NCBI GenBank assembly: GCA_017962275.1
Contig: JAGCVQ010000073.1
Span: forward strand, 4,543 to 68,542
Reading direction: 5' to 3'
Length of the DNA: 64,000 bases
DNA from: Bacteroidales bacterium
Lineage (GTDB): Bacteria > Bacteroidota > Bacteroidia > Bacteroidales > WCHB1-69
The position numbers and the translations under genes are program-made. The notes under the pieces are model-generated. The model searched no databases, had not been told where the DNA came from, and saw only the letters and a program-made list of their open reading frames with translations. Shown here piece after piece: positions 17,423 to 25,379 of the stretch. Within the stretch, counting starts at the first letter, position 1, and the number at the start of each line of letters is the position of its first letter.

Positions 17423-17457
17423 AACAATTATCCATTATCCATTATCAATTCTCACAA
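17423..17457. repeat. Heptamer array, ATCCATT family
   Basis: AACAATT ATCCATT ATCCATT ATCAATT CTCACAA. It overlaps the rnfE stop codon and last codons. Confidence 0.8.
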
Positions 17458-18065
17458 TGTTTCTTCTTCTCCTCTCTCTTGTTCACGATGAAGCGCACTG
17501 CCGCCATTACGAAACCGAAGACGAGGAACGCGCCGGGAGCCAAGACGAAGATCAGCATGTTGTACTCCGACGGGATGAAGTGGTAGCCGAGGAAGGAACC
17601 GGAACCCAGAATCTCGCGGATGGCACCGATGAGCGTCAGTGCGATGGTGAAGCCGATACCCATGCCGAGGCCGTCAAGCAGCGAATCGAGCACGGTGTTC
17701 TTGTTGGCGAAAGCCTCCGCACGGCCCAGCACGATGCAGTTCACCACGATCAACGGGATGAACACACCCAAGCTGGCGGACAATGAAGGCAGGAAACCCT
17801 GGATCAGCAGATCGATCATGCTCACGAACGTGGCGATGATGACGATGTAGCTCGGGATGCGCACCTTGTCGGGGATGACGTTTTTCAGTGCGGAGATGAG
17901 CATGTTGGACATCAGCAGCACGAAGGTCGTGGCCGCGCCCATACCCAAGGCGTTGGTCACCGAGGTGGTGACAGCCAGCGTCGGACAGCAGCCCAACACC
18001 AAAATCAAGGTCGGGTTTTCTTTGAAAAAGCCCTTGGTCAGTATGTTTAATTTGCTGTTACTCAT
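17445..18065 (-). CDS. rnfE: Rnf electron transport complex subunit E
   Basis: NPTLILVLGCCPTLAVTTSVTNALGMGAATTFVL is the RnfE/NqrD signature; 206 aa. Confidence 0.92.
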   Translation of the reverse strand: MSNSKLNILTKGFFKENPTLILVLGCCPTLAVTTSVTNALGMGAATTFVLLMSNMLISALKNVIPDKVRIPSYIVIIATFVSMIDLLIQGFLPSLSASLGVFIPLIVVNCIVLGRAEAFANKNTVLDSLLDGLGMGIGFTIALTLIGAIREILGSGSFLGYHFIPSEYNMLIFVLAPGAFLVFGFVMAAVRFIVNKREEKKKHCEN

Positions 18066-18642
18066 GATAATCCTCCTTTATTTTCATAAAAATGTCGTAA
18101 GCGCGTTGCACCGCGTCGCAGTAGGCGCGTGACGAAATCGTGGCCGCCGTGATGGCATCCACATCGCCGCCGTCTTTCTTCACCACCAGTTTGAAATCTG
18201 CAGGATTCTGATGGTTGAACTGCATGGCGAAGTCGCTTTTGCTTTTGTTGATGTTGTCGCCCAAACCAGGGGTCTCGTTAGCCTTGAGGACCTCGGTGTT
18301 GACGATGGCACCTTCCGCGTCGAAACCGACCATCAAATCGAAGCGACCCGAGAAGGCTTTCTTGGTGTAGGTCTCGATGCCCGCACCGCAAAGTTCGCCG
18401 TCCTTGCCGATGGCCAAATGCACGGGAATCTCTTCGTTGTCGGCATCCACAATCACAGTATCGCGTACAGTGCCCTCATAATCAGGCAGTACAGCCTGCA
18501 GGGCTTTTTGTTTCTTCTCCAGTTGACCCTGTTCGATAGGTCCTTTGGTGAGGGCATAGACGCCCGTCAATGCCAATGCCGCCAGCAAGGAGATGCATGT
18601 CAGCACAATCACTAATCTCCAGATAGAATCATTCTTTGCCAT
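18058..18642 (-). CDS. rnfG: Rnf electron transport complex subunit G (FMN-binding)
   Basis: An N-terminal TM anchor, then an FMN-binding domain with the flavinylation-type motif DAITAATISSRAY. It overlaps rnfE by 8 nt. Confidence 0.85.
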   Translation of the reverse strand: MAKNDSIWRLVIVLTCISLLAALALTGVYALTKGPIEQGQLEKKQKALQAVLPDYEGTVRDTVIVDADNEEIPVHLAIGKDGELCGAGIETYTKKAFSGRFDLMVGFDAEGAIVNTEVLKANETPGLGDNINKSKSDFAMQFNHQNPADFKLVVKKDGGDVDAITAATISSRAYCDAVQRAYDIFMKIKEDYHE

Positions 18643-18660
18643 ATCGATAGAATTTTAGGG

Positions 18661-19626
18661 TTAGTGAGCAAATTGTTTGGGTTTGAAGCCTTTGTTAATC
18701 AACGGCACCACAGCGTTCATCAGCAGGATGGAGAAAGAGACACCCTCCGGATATGCGCCGAAGAGGCGGATAATGATGGTGAGCAGACCGCAGCCGCAGC
18801 CGAACACGATCATACCCCAAGGGGAGGTCGGGGAGGTTACCATGTCGGTGGCCATGAAGCAGGCACCGAGGATGAGGCCGCCGGCGAGCACGTGGATGAA
18901 GGGGTTGACATACACTTCCGGATTCACCAGATGGAAGATGCCGGCCACCACAAAAACCGTGGCGATGAATGACACGGGGATGTGCCACGTGATGATGCGT
19001 TTCCAGAGCAGGAAGGCCGCGCCGATAAGCAGGGCGATGGCCGAAACCTCACCGAAGCTGCCGCCCATCTGTCCGAGGAGCATGTTGGCGTAGGTCGGAA
19101 GTTGCGTCAGGTCGCCGCCCTCCTTGATGAGACCGAGGGTTGTGGGACCCGTCACGGCGTCAGCGAAGTGGAAACTCCAGAGGGGAGTCGGAACCGGCCA
19201 GGAGGTCATCTGCACCGGGAAGGCGATGAGCAGGGTGACACGCGCCACCAAAGCAGGGTTGAACGGGTTGTGGCCCAGACCGCCGAAGGGCATCTTCGCG
19301 ATGCCGATGGCGACCAAAGCACCCACCACCATAATCCAAACCGGAAGGTTAGAGGGCACGTTGAAGGCCAGTAGAAGACCCGTGACCACGGCCGAACCGT
19401 CGTCAATGCTCGGCTTCTGATGCAGCATGAAACGTTGGATGAGGTATTCGAACAGCACGCAACATCCGATGGAGACGAGTGTGAGGATGATGACGGGCAG
19501 CCCGAAATAATAGACGGATACCAGCAACGCCGGCACCAGCGAGAGAACCACCGACCACATGATCTTCTTCACAGACTCGTCGCTGTGCACGTGTGGTGAT
19601 CCTGAAATGTGTAACAGTTTATCCAT
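18661..19626 (-). CDS. rnfD: Rnf electron transport complex subunit D
   Basis: 321 aa and polytopic. SGSPHVHSDESV..., GGLGHNPFNPALVARV and the C-terminal FMATDMVTSP are typical of RnfD/NqrB. Confidence 0.9.
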   Translation of the reverse strand: MDKLLHISGSPHVHSDESVKKIMWSVVLSLVPALLVSVYYFGLPVIILTLVSIGCCVLFEYLIQRFMLHQKPSIDDGSAVVTGLLLAFNVPSNLPVWIMVVGALVAIGIAKMPFGGLGHNPFNPALVARVTLLIAFPVQMTSWPVPTPLWSFHFADAVTGPTTLGLIKEGGDLTQLPTYANMLLGQMGGSFGEVSAIALLIGAAFLLWKRIITWHIPVSFIATVFVVAGIFHLVNPEVYVNPFIHVLAGGLILGACFMATDMVTSPTSPWGMIVFGCGCGLLTIIIRLFGAYPEGVSFSILLMNAVVPLINKGFKPKQFAH

Positions 19627-19672
19627 TGATTGTTGATTTTATTGAATTCTACCTGTCAAAATAATCAAACCG

Positions 19673-19680
19673 CAAAAGTA
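19673..19680 (-). promoter_or_regulatory. -7 box TActTTTG for rnfDGEA
   Basis: 47 nt before the rnfD start at 19626. Confidence 0.45.
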
Positions 19681-19710
19681 CTCTTTTTTTGAATACGTTG
19701 TGTTTTTAAA

Positions 19711-19801
19711 AGACGTAAGACGTGAGACGTAGGACTTAAGATGTTTGGCTAAGGAATTCGCCCTCTCCAATCCAACGTCTCACGTCTTAGATCTTACATC
19801 A
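19711..19801. repeat. Inverted pair of ACGTCT-family heptamer arrays
   Basis: Left arm: AGACGTA AGACGTG AGACGTA GGACTTA AGATGTT (19711-19745). Right arm: AACGTCT CACGTCT TAGATCT TACATCA (19774-19801). A 28-nt spacer separates them. The pair lies between the T9SS gene stop and the rnfD promoter. Confidence 0.85.
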
Positions 19802-19802
19802 G

Positions 19803-22142
19803 CTATCGTATCAACGTTATGGTTCCCGTTCGCACCTTCTTCTCATCGGGAGTTCCGATGCGGGCGTAGTTGATTTTCCAGAGATAGACGCCTTGTGGTG
19901 CGGGTTTTCCGCCAAGGGTGCCGTCCCAACCCGTGTCGGGGTCGTTGGTGTAGAAAATCAGCTCTCCGTCGCGGGCATAGATGATGAACTCGTAGTTCAC
20001 CACATCGTGCACCTTGGGCAGGAACACTTCGTTCAAACCGTCGGTGTTGGGCGTGAAGGCGTTGGGCACGAAGAAGGCGAAGTTGTCCTCCACGGGCACT
20101 ATCTGGATGGTGTCGTCGCTGCAGCCGTCGCTGTTGGTGACCATCAGCCGCACCGTCATCAGGTCGCTTTCCTGCAGATGATAGGCGTGCGAGGGCTCCT
20201 GCACGTACGAGGAATGTCCGTCGCCGAAGTTCCAGCTGTAGTTGGTGATGTTGGTGCCGGTGGAAAGGTCGAAGAAGAAGACCTCCTCGCCGTTCTCGGG
20301 CTCCGACGGACTGAAGAGGAAGTCGGCGTGCGGGTATCCGGCCACGTGGACGATGTTGTTCAGCACCAGCGAATCATAACAGCCGGGAGCCGTCGTCACT
20401 GTCAATTTTGCGGAATAGTAACCTTCGTCGGCCAACGAGGTGTGCAAGGTGGCGGTAGAGTCGATGTAGGTGTATGTACTGTCGTTATAGATGTTCCATA
20501 GCAGGGTGGCGTAGTTGGGACTGTATTGCGCCTGCCAGGTCACCGGCAGTGGCTGGCATCCGTGGTCGGGTGTGTAAGTGATGTCGATCTCGGGTCGCGG
20601 CACAATGGTCACCTGCACGGTGGCGGTGTCAGTCATACAGCTCCACTGGTCACGGGCCACCACTTTGTAGGTGCCGCTCGATGTGATTTCGCACTCGGTG
20701 GCGAGCCGGTCGGGATGGGTGATGCCCGTGGTGGGGATCCACTCAAAGACCACAGAGTCGGAACCTCTCAGTTTCTCCACCTCTACGTAACGGAGCGTGT
20801 CGCACGCCGTGAAGGCGGTGTCGCGCAAGCGCACGCTGTCGTTGGCGCGCAGATGCAGAATGATGGTGTCGTATGTCCGGAGATGAGGAGCTAAGTTGGC
20901 GAAACCGTCGCAACCCTGCGTGACGACGTACAGCCGCACCTCTTTCACCTGGTTGGGGTTCGAGAACTGAACGGACGGCAGCATTCTGACGTGCACCAGC
21001 TGCACAGTATCGCCGGGAGGATAGTTGAAACTGTTGTTTTCGATGTCGATGGTGTCCCCGTTCGGCTTGATCAGGGAATAGTCAACGTTCAACACCGCAT
21101 CGCCTCCCGTCTCAATCACGATGGAGGTGTTGGCGGTGATGGCCGGGCGTTCGATACTGAACGTGAGGTCGAGGTTACGGCAGTTCTGCACCAGGGTGTC
21201 GCCACCCTCTGACGATCCCCAGTCCTGACCGATCTGCACGTGGGGACTGTAGAAACTGCCCTCTTCGAGGAACACACCGGAGTCGAGGCTGTTGTCGCCC
21301 ACATTGGCCACAGCCAATTTCATGTGGTAGGTCTGGCAGCTGAAAATGGTGGCACCGGCAGTCAGTGCCGTAGTGTAACCATCATATTCCACACCTGAAG
21401 ATAGGTTGTTGCTGACGTAAAAAGAAGAATATGGGGCAGAAGAGCCCGGAGGAATACAGTTGCCTGCGGAGCCTGAACTACCTGGGCCCGCATTGATGGT
21501 GTTGATGGCGACAGGAAGTCCATTTGGATTGGCGGCCGTCACCGTGCCGGGAATAATGGCCACATTCTTCGTTGTGGTATTCAGGGTCACCGGGTCAATA
21601 CCGGTCAGAAAAAAACCGAAGACATCGTTGTAAGAGGAACAAGCCCATTCGGGATACTCCTCGGATGCAAAAATGTAGTTGAAAGCGAATTCATCGGCCA
21701 TGGCGATAAAGTCGAACTCCAAGGAAGCAGATCCATTGATACTACTGCTGGCCAACGGGCCGAGTTGCGATTCCGTATAGTAATTCGAGACAGAACTGGT
21801 GGATCCGGAACTGGAGTTGGGACCTGCTGCCACGGAAACATTGCCGGTTGTCAGCACCAGCCCTGTAGCGAAGGGGAACGCGGAAAAACCGTTACGGTTG
21901 AACGTCCCTATCTGAGGGTACGTGACGTTGCCAGATTGGTTGTTGAACTTGCCCTTCTGCGACGCATCAAACACATCCGGATCCGGAAAGCCCGAAATCA
22001 TCACCCCGTCGCCCTGCAAGTGGTGTTGCAGAATGGTGTCCACATGCGTTCCCTGCAGCGATGTCACCGTCAGATTCTGGTTCTGCGCCTGCATTATGGA
22101 AAATGCCAAAACGATAATCGTTCCCCAAAGAAACCTCTTCAT
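19803..22142 (-). CDS. T9SS cargo: choice-of-anchor-L-like N-terminal domain, Ig/PKD-like repeats, type-B (gliding-motility CHU_C) C-terminal sorting domain
   Basis: Signal peptide MKRFLWGTIIVLAFSIMQAQ. ASLEFDFIAMADEFAFNYIFASEEYPEWACSSYNDVFGFFLTG is choice-of-anchor-L-like. The C-terminus VPNAFTPNTDGLNEVF...GVYLWKINY...GTITLIR is the T9SS type-B domain. The start is set at the ATG that precedes the signal peptide. Confidence 0.85.
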   Translation of the reverse strand: MKRFLWGTIIVLAFSIMQAQNQNLTVTSLQGTHVDTILQHHLQGDGVMISGFPDPDVFDASQKGKFNNQSGNVTYPQIGTFNRNGFSAFPFATGLVLTTGNVSVAAGPNSSSGSTSSVSNYYTESQLGPLASSSINGSASLEFDFIAMADEFAFNYIFASEEYPEWACSSYNDVFGFFLTGIDPVTLNTTTKNVAIIPGTVTAANPNGLPVAINTINAGPGSSGSAGNCIPPGSSAPYSSFYVSNNLSSGVEYDGYTTALTAGATIFSCQTYHMKLAVANVGDNSLDSGVFLEEGSFYSPHVQIGQDWGSSEGGDTLVQNCRNLDLTFSIERPAITANTSIVIETGGDAVLNVDYSLIKPNGDTIDIENNSFNYPPGDTVQLVHVRMLPSVQFSNPNQVKEVRLYVVTQGCDGFANLAPHLRTYDTIILHLRANDSVRLRDTAFTACDTLRYVEVEKLRGSDSVVFEWIPTTGITHPDRLATECEITSSGTYKVVARDQWSCMTDTATVQVTIVPRPEIDITYTPDHGCQPLPVTWQAQYSPNYATLLWNIYNDSTYTYIDSTATLHTSLADEGYYSAKLTVTTAPGCYDSLVLNNIVHVAGYPHADFLFSPSEPENGEEVFFFDLSTGTNITNYSWNFGDGHSSYVQEPSHAYHLQESDLMTVRLMVTNSDGCSDDTIQIVPVEDNFAFFVPNAFTPNTDGLNEVFLPKVHDVVNYEFIIYARDGELIFYTNDPDTGWDGTLGGKPAPQGVYLWKINYARIGTPDEKKVRTGTITLIR

Positions 22143-22226
22143 ATTCGAATATTGTTTAATCATCAAAACGCCTCGTATCCTCTCTATTTTCTGCATAACG
22201 AAAAAAATCAAAAAATGTGGCAAAAA

Positions 22227-24563
22227 TTATTCCACCTCAATTTCATCAACGAAAATCCAAGCCGGGTAACCGTAACCGGTATGTCCTTCAGGCAGTTGGT
22301 GGCCGGTAATGGCCACACGCACATAGCGGGTACGTACGGCTTCGAACGGAATCTCGTGACGCTCAATAGTGCTTTCGCTGCCCCATTCGGCCAACGGATA
22401 GTCCACGTGGGCCACCTCGCGAAACTCCTCGCCGTCGTCGGAAACGCTGATCACGCAGGATTTCGGGTTGTAAATCCAGTCGTTGATGTTGAGGATAGTG
22501 CTGAATGCAACTTTTTGTATGTCAGTGGGTTGAAGCAAGTCGATGGTGGCTTCCAACGGGGTTTCCCAGAATCCTATCCAACGGCCGGTGCGGTAGTTCT
22601 GGCTGCCGTGCAACCCGTCGATGAGCGTGGGGGCGCCGTCGTAGGCGTAATTCACGTGCGGCGGCTCCTTCAGCGAAATCGGTTTCATCGACGATTTCGA
22701 GAAACGGAACTGCGTCTTATATTCCGAAGTCGCGCCGTCGGGACGAATCAGAATGGCCCGGAAGTCGGTGTTTTTCCGAATCTCCACCGGATCGGTGTAG
22801 AGTTCCCCTTTCTTGGGGTCGCTGCCGTCAAGCGTGTAACGGATCTCGCCGTCACCGAACTTGGAGAGCATAACCAAGATGCAGCCCTCTTCATAGTCGG
22901 GCTCCACCTCCGCCTGCAGGTCGAAAATATGGTGCGCATAGTGGTAGTCATACATGTCGTAGATTTTCGCCATCTTGAAGCACCGTTTCACAAAGTCTTG
23001 ATAATCGCGCTGTTGCGGCTTGCACCATTGGAGTTCCGCCAAGGCCGCCATACGCGGCAGGGCGTCATACTCCACGTCGCGGAAACTGTGGACATACTCG
23101 CCCCAGATGTTGGCTTGCACCCCGATGATGTGCTTCTTCTGCCGTTCGTTGAGCTCGTCCGGCAGCGGCTGGAACTTATAGACCCGCTCCACAGGCAGGT
23201 AGCCGTCAGCGAAGACAGGCTCCTCCTCAGGCGTAAGCGACTGGCCCTGACTGAAATAGAGGTAGTCGCCGGGAGTCATCACCACATCGTGACCCTTCTT
23301 GGCCGCGGTAATGCCGCCAGCCGTTCCGCGCCAGCTCATAATCATCGCAGTCTTGCTGATGTCGCCCTCCAAAATCTCGTCCCAACCGATAACGCGGCGG
23401 CCACGAGCCTTCACCACCTTCTCCATGCGGTTCATGACGTAGCTTTGCAGGTAATCCTCTGCAGTGCAGCGGCCGGTGGTGTGAAATCCCAGCTCCTGGA
23501 TCTTCGCCTGACATTTCGGGCATTCGTGCCAGCGGGTCTTGGGACATTCGTCGCCGCCGATGTGGATGATGTCCGACGGGAAAACGTCCATCACCTCGTT
23601 GAGGACATCCTCCAAGAAGCGCATAGCCTCCTCGTTGCCGGCGCAGATCACCTCGTCGGAGACGCCCCAGCGCCGCCACACCTCGTAGGGACCGCTGGTG
23701 CAGCCGAACTGCGGGTAGGAGGCCAGTGCGGACTGCGTATGACCGGGCAGGTCGATTTCGGGGATGATGGTGATGTGGCGTTCGGCAGCGTAGGCCACCA
23801 GGTCGCGAAGCTCGTCCTGTGTGTAGAAGCCGCCGTGACGGATGGTGTCGTAGCTGTTGGTGTTGCGTCCAAGCACGGTGCCGCTGCGCCATGCCCCGAC
23901 CTTGGTCAGCTTGGGGTACTTCTTGATCTCCATGCGCCAACCTTGGTCTTCGGTAAGGTGGAGGTGGAACTTGTTGATATTGTGCAGCGCCATCATGTCG
24001 ATGTAGCGTTTCACGGAATCGAGCGGGAGGAAATGGCGACCGACGTCGAGGTGCATGCCGCGGTAGGCGAACTGCGGATAGTCGCGAACCGTGCCCGCAG
24101 GGAAGTTTACGACATCGATTTTTTCGCCGGCGGGGACGCTTTTGCGAAGGGTCTGGATGCCGTAGAAAACGCCGGGGCGGTCTGCGCCGCGGACGACGAT
24201 TTTGCTTGAGGAGACGTCAATCTGATACGATTCGGGACGCTGGCAGGTGTTGGTGTCAATGATCAGGTAAACGCCGGAGGCTGTCTGTTGGGTCATCGGC
24301 TTGAGCTGGAGTTTTTCGCGCAGGAAATCCGACAGGTATTCGGCGAGGAACTCGGCCTCGCGCCGCAGGGTGTCGGTTTCGGAGTAGAAGATAACGGTGG
24401 TTTCGGAGAGCGCGAACGGTTCCGATTTCGCCAGGGCGATCTCCTTCGGCAGGGGGATGACTTGGTAGTCGGCCTCCGCCACGCGCTGTTTGCACCCGCA
24501 GAAGAGTGCGGCGCAGAACACTGCCGTCAGTAGAATCCCAACTCTTGCGTATAATTTTCCCAT
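22227..24563 (-). CDS. GH20 beta-N-acetylhexosaminidase lipoprotein with a C-terminal discoidin/F5-8-type domain
   Basis: Lipobox LFCGCKQ. GH20 core HLDVGRHFLPLDSVKRYIDMMALHNINKFHLHLTEDQGWRMEIKKYP and HIGGDEC. The track start at 24572 is GTG; the first ATG is at 24563. Confidence 0.9.
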   Translation of the reverse strand: MGKLYARVGILLTAVFCAALFCGCKQRVAEADYQVIPLPKEIALAKSEPFALSETTVIFYSETDTLRREAEFLAEYLSDFLREKLQLKPMTQQTASGVYLIIDTNTCQRPESYQIDVSSSKIVVRGADRPGVFYGIQTLRKSVPAGEKIDVVNFPAGTVRDYPQFAYRGMHLDVGRHFLPLDSVKRYIDMMALHNINKFHLHLTEDQGWRMEIKKYPKLTKVGAWRSGTVLGRNTNSYDTIRHGGFYTQDELRDLVAYAAERHITIIPEIDLPGHTQSALASYPQFGCTSGPYEVWRRWGVSDEVICAGNEEAMRFLEDVLNEVMDVFPSDIIHIGGDECPKTRWHECPKCQAKIQELGFHTTGRCTAEDYLQSYVMNRMEKVVKARGRRVIGWDEILEGDISKTAMIMSWRGTAGGITAAKKGHDVVMTPGDYLYFSQGQSLTPEEEPVFADGYLPVERVYKFQPLPDELNERQKKHIIGVQANIWGEYVHSFRDVEYDALPRMAALAELQWCKPQQRDYQDFVKRCFKMAKIYDMYDYHYAHHIFDLQAEVEPDYEEGCILVMLSKFGDGEIRYTLDGSDPKKGELYTDPVEIRKNTDFRAILIRPDGATSEYKTQFRFSKSSMKPISLKEPPHVNYAYDGAPTLIDGLHGSQNYRTGRWIGFWETPLEATIDLLQPTDIQKVAFSTILNINDWIYNPKSCVISVSDDGEEFREVAHVDYPLAEWGSESTIERHEIPFEAVRTRYVRVAITGHQLPEGHTGYGYPAWIFVDEIEVE

Positions 24564-24590
24564 AGTCGTCACTATTTACAATTGAAACGG

Positions 24591-24598
24591 CAAAGATA
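24591..24598 (-). promoter_or_regulatory. -7 box TAtcTTTG for the GH20 gene
   Basis: 28 nt before the ATG at 24563. Confidence 0.55.
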
Positions 24599-24605
24599 CA
24601 TTTTT

Positions 24606-24640
24606 AATTGATAATGGATAATTGATAATGGATAATTGTT
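24606..24640. repeat. Heptamer array, ATCCATT family (reverse orientation), left arm of an inverted pair
   Basis: AATTGAT AATGGAT AATTGAT AATGGAT AATTGTT. Confidence 0.85.
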
Positions 24641-24738
24641 CGGGGCTTCGATAATGATTGGGAAGGATGTTTCAGCTGCGGTTCTATGTTTCGAAGCCCA
24701 AAATGCCATCATAACGCACCAACATAACGAGCGACCCC

Positions 24739-24773
24739 AATAATTATCCATTATCCATTCTCAATTATCCATT
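24739..24773. repeat. Heptamer array, ATCCATT family, right arm of an inverted pair
   Basis: AATAATT ATCCATT ATCCATT CTCAATT ATCCATT. Confidence 0.85.
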
Positions 24774-24780
24774 AAATTCG

Positions 24781-24788
24781 TATTTTTG
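24781..24788 (+). promoter_or_regulatory. -7 box TAttTTTG for gmk
   Basis: 22 nt before the ATG at 24810. Confidence 0.55.
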
Positions 24789-24809
24789 CGCTCCAAAATC
24801 CAACCGATT

Positions 24810-25379
24810 ATGACAGGCAAAGTAATCATCGTATCCGCGCCCTCGGGGGCTGGCAAAACCTCCATCGTCAAGCATGTGCTGGACTTCCTCCCCGAGCTGC
24901 GTTTCTCCACATCCGCGACCACCCGTGCCATGCGCGAGGGCGAGATCAACGGCCGCGACTACCATTTTCTCACCGTCGATGACTTCAAACGCGGCATCGA
25001 CCGCGACGAGTTCCTCGAATGGGAGGAGGTTTACCACAACCAGTTCTACGGTACTCTCAAGAGCGAAATCCGCCGCATTTGGGATGAGGGCAAGGTCGTG
25101 ATTTTCGATGTCGATGTGAAGGGCGGTCTCAATATCAAGAAGTTCTTCGGCGACAACGCATTGGCGGTTTTCATTGAGCCGCCCACCGTGCAGGAATTAG
25201 AGAACCGGTTGCGCAAGCGCGGTACCGAAACGGAAGAATCGTTGCGAAAACGGGTGGAGAAGGCCGAATACGAACTCTCGTTTGCACCTCAGTTCGACAA
25301 GATCATTGTCAATGACAATCTTGACGACGCCCGTGCCGAGATGCTCCACACTATCCGCGAATTCCTTGACGAAGAATGA
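24810..25379 (+). CDS. gmk: Guanylate kinase
   Basis: MTGKVIIVSAPSGAGKTSIV P-loop, then TTRAMREGEINGRDYHF. The ATG lies 22 nt after a -7 box. Confidence 0.92.
   Translation: MTGKVIIVSAPSGAGKTSIVKHVLDFLPELRFSTSATTRAMREGEINGRDYHFLTVDDFKRGIDRDEFLEWEEVYHNQFYGTLKSEIRRIWDEGKVVIFDVDVKGGLNIKKFFGDNALAVFIEPPTVQELENRLRKRGTETEESLRKRVEKAEYELSFAPQFDKIIVNDNLDDARAEMLHTIREFLDEE

Noticed and set aside
16719-19626. Reading the D-G-E-A genes as Na+-NQR (nqrB-C-D-E).
   Set aside because: No nqrA or nqrF flanks them. The subunit lengths (321, 194, 206 and 196 aa) and the N-terminal sequences match RnfD/G/E/A rather than NqrB/C/D/E.
21601-21620. The A7/T7 homopolymer inside the T9SS cargo gene, and the A8/T8 runs near 28781, 55390 and 59485-59507, as phase-variation tracts.
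   Set aside because: The tracts are short and mostly in ordinary AT-rich promoter DNA. A single sequence gives no evidence of length variation.
21765-24209. An 814-aa plus-strand ORF spanning the T9SS gene start and most of the GH20 gene.
   Set aside because: It is antisense to two well-supported genes. Its composition is Arg/Val/Gly/His-rich, typical of shadow frames, and it has no recognisable motif. It also crosses the gene junction at 22223/22227.
24606-24773. An invertible promoter (inverton).
   Set aside because: Inverted arms are present, but no TAnnTTTG box lies in the 98-bp core, and both neighbouring promoters lie outside the arms. I kept it only as a structural observation.
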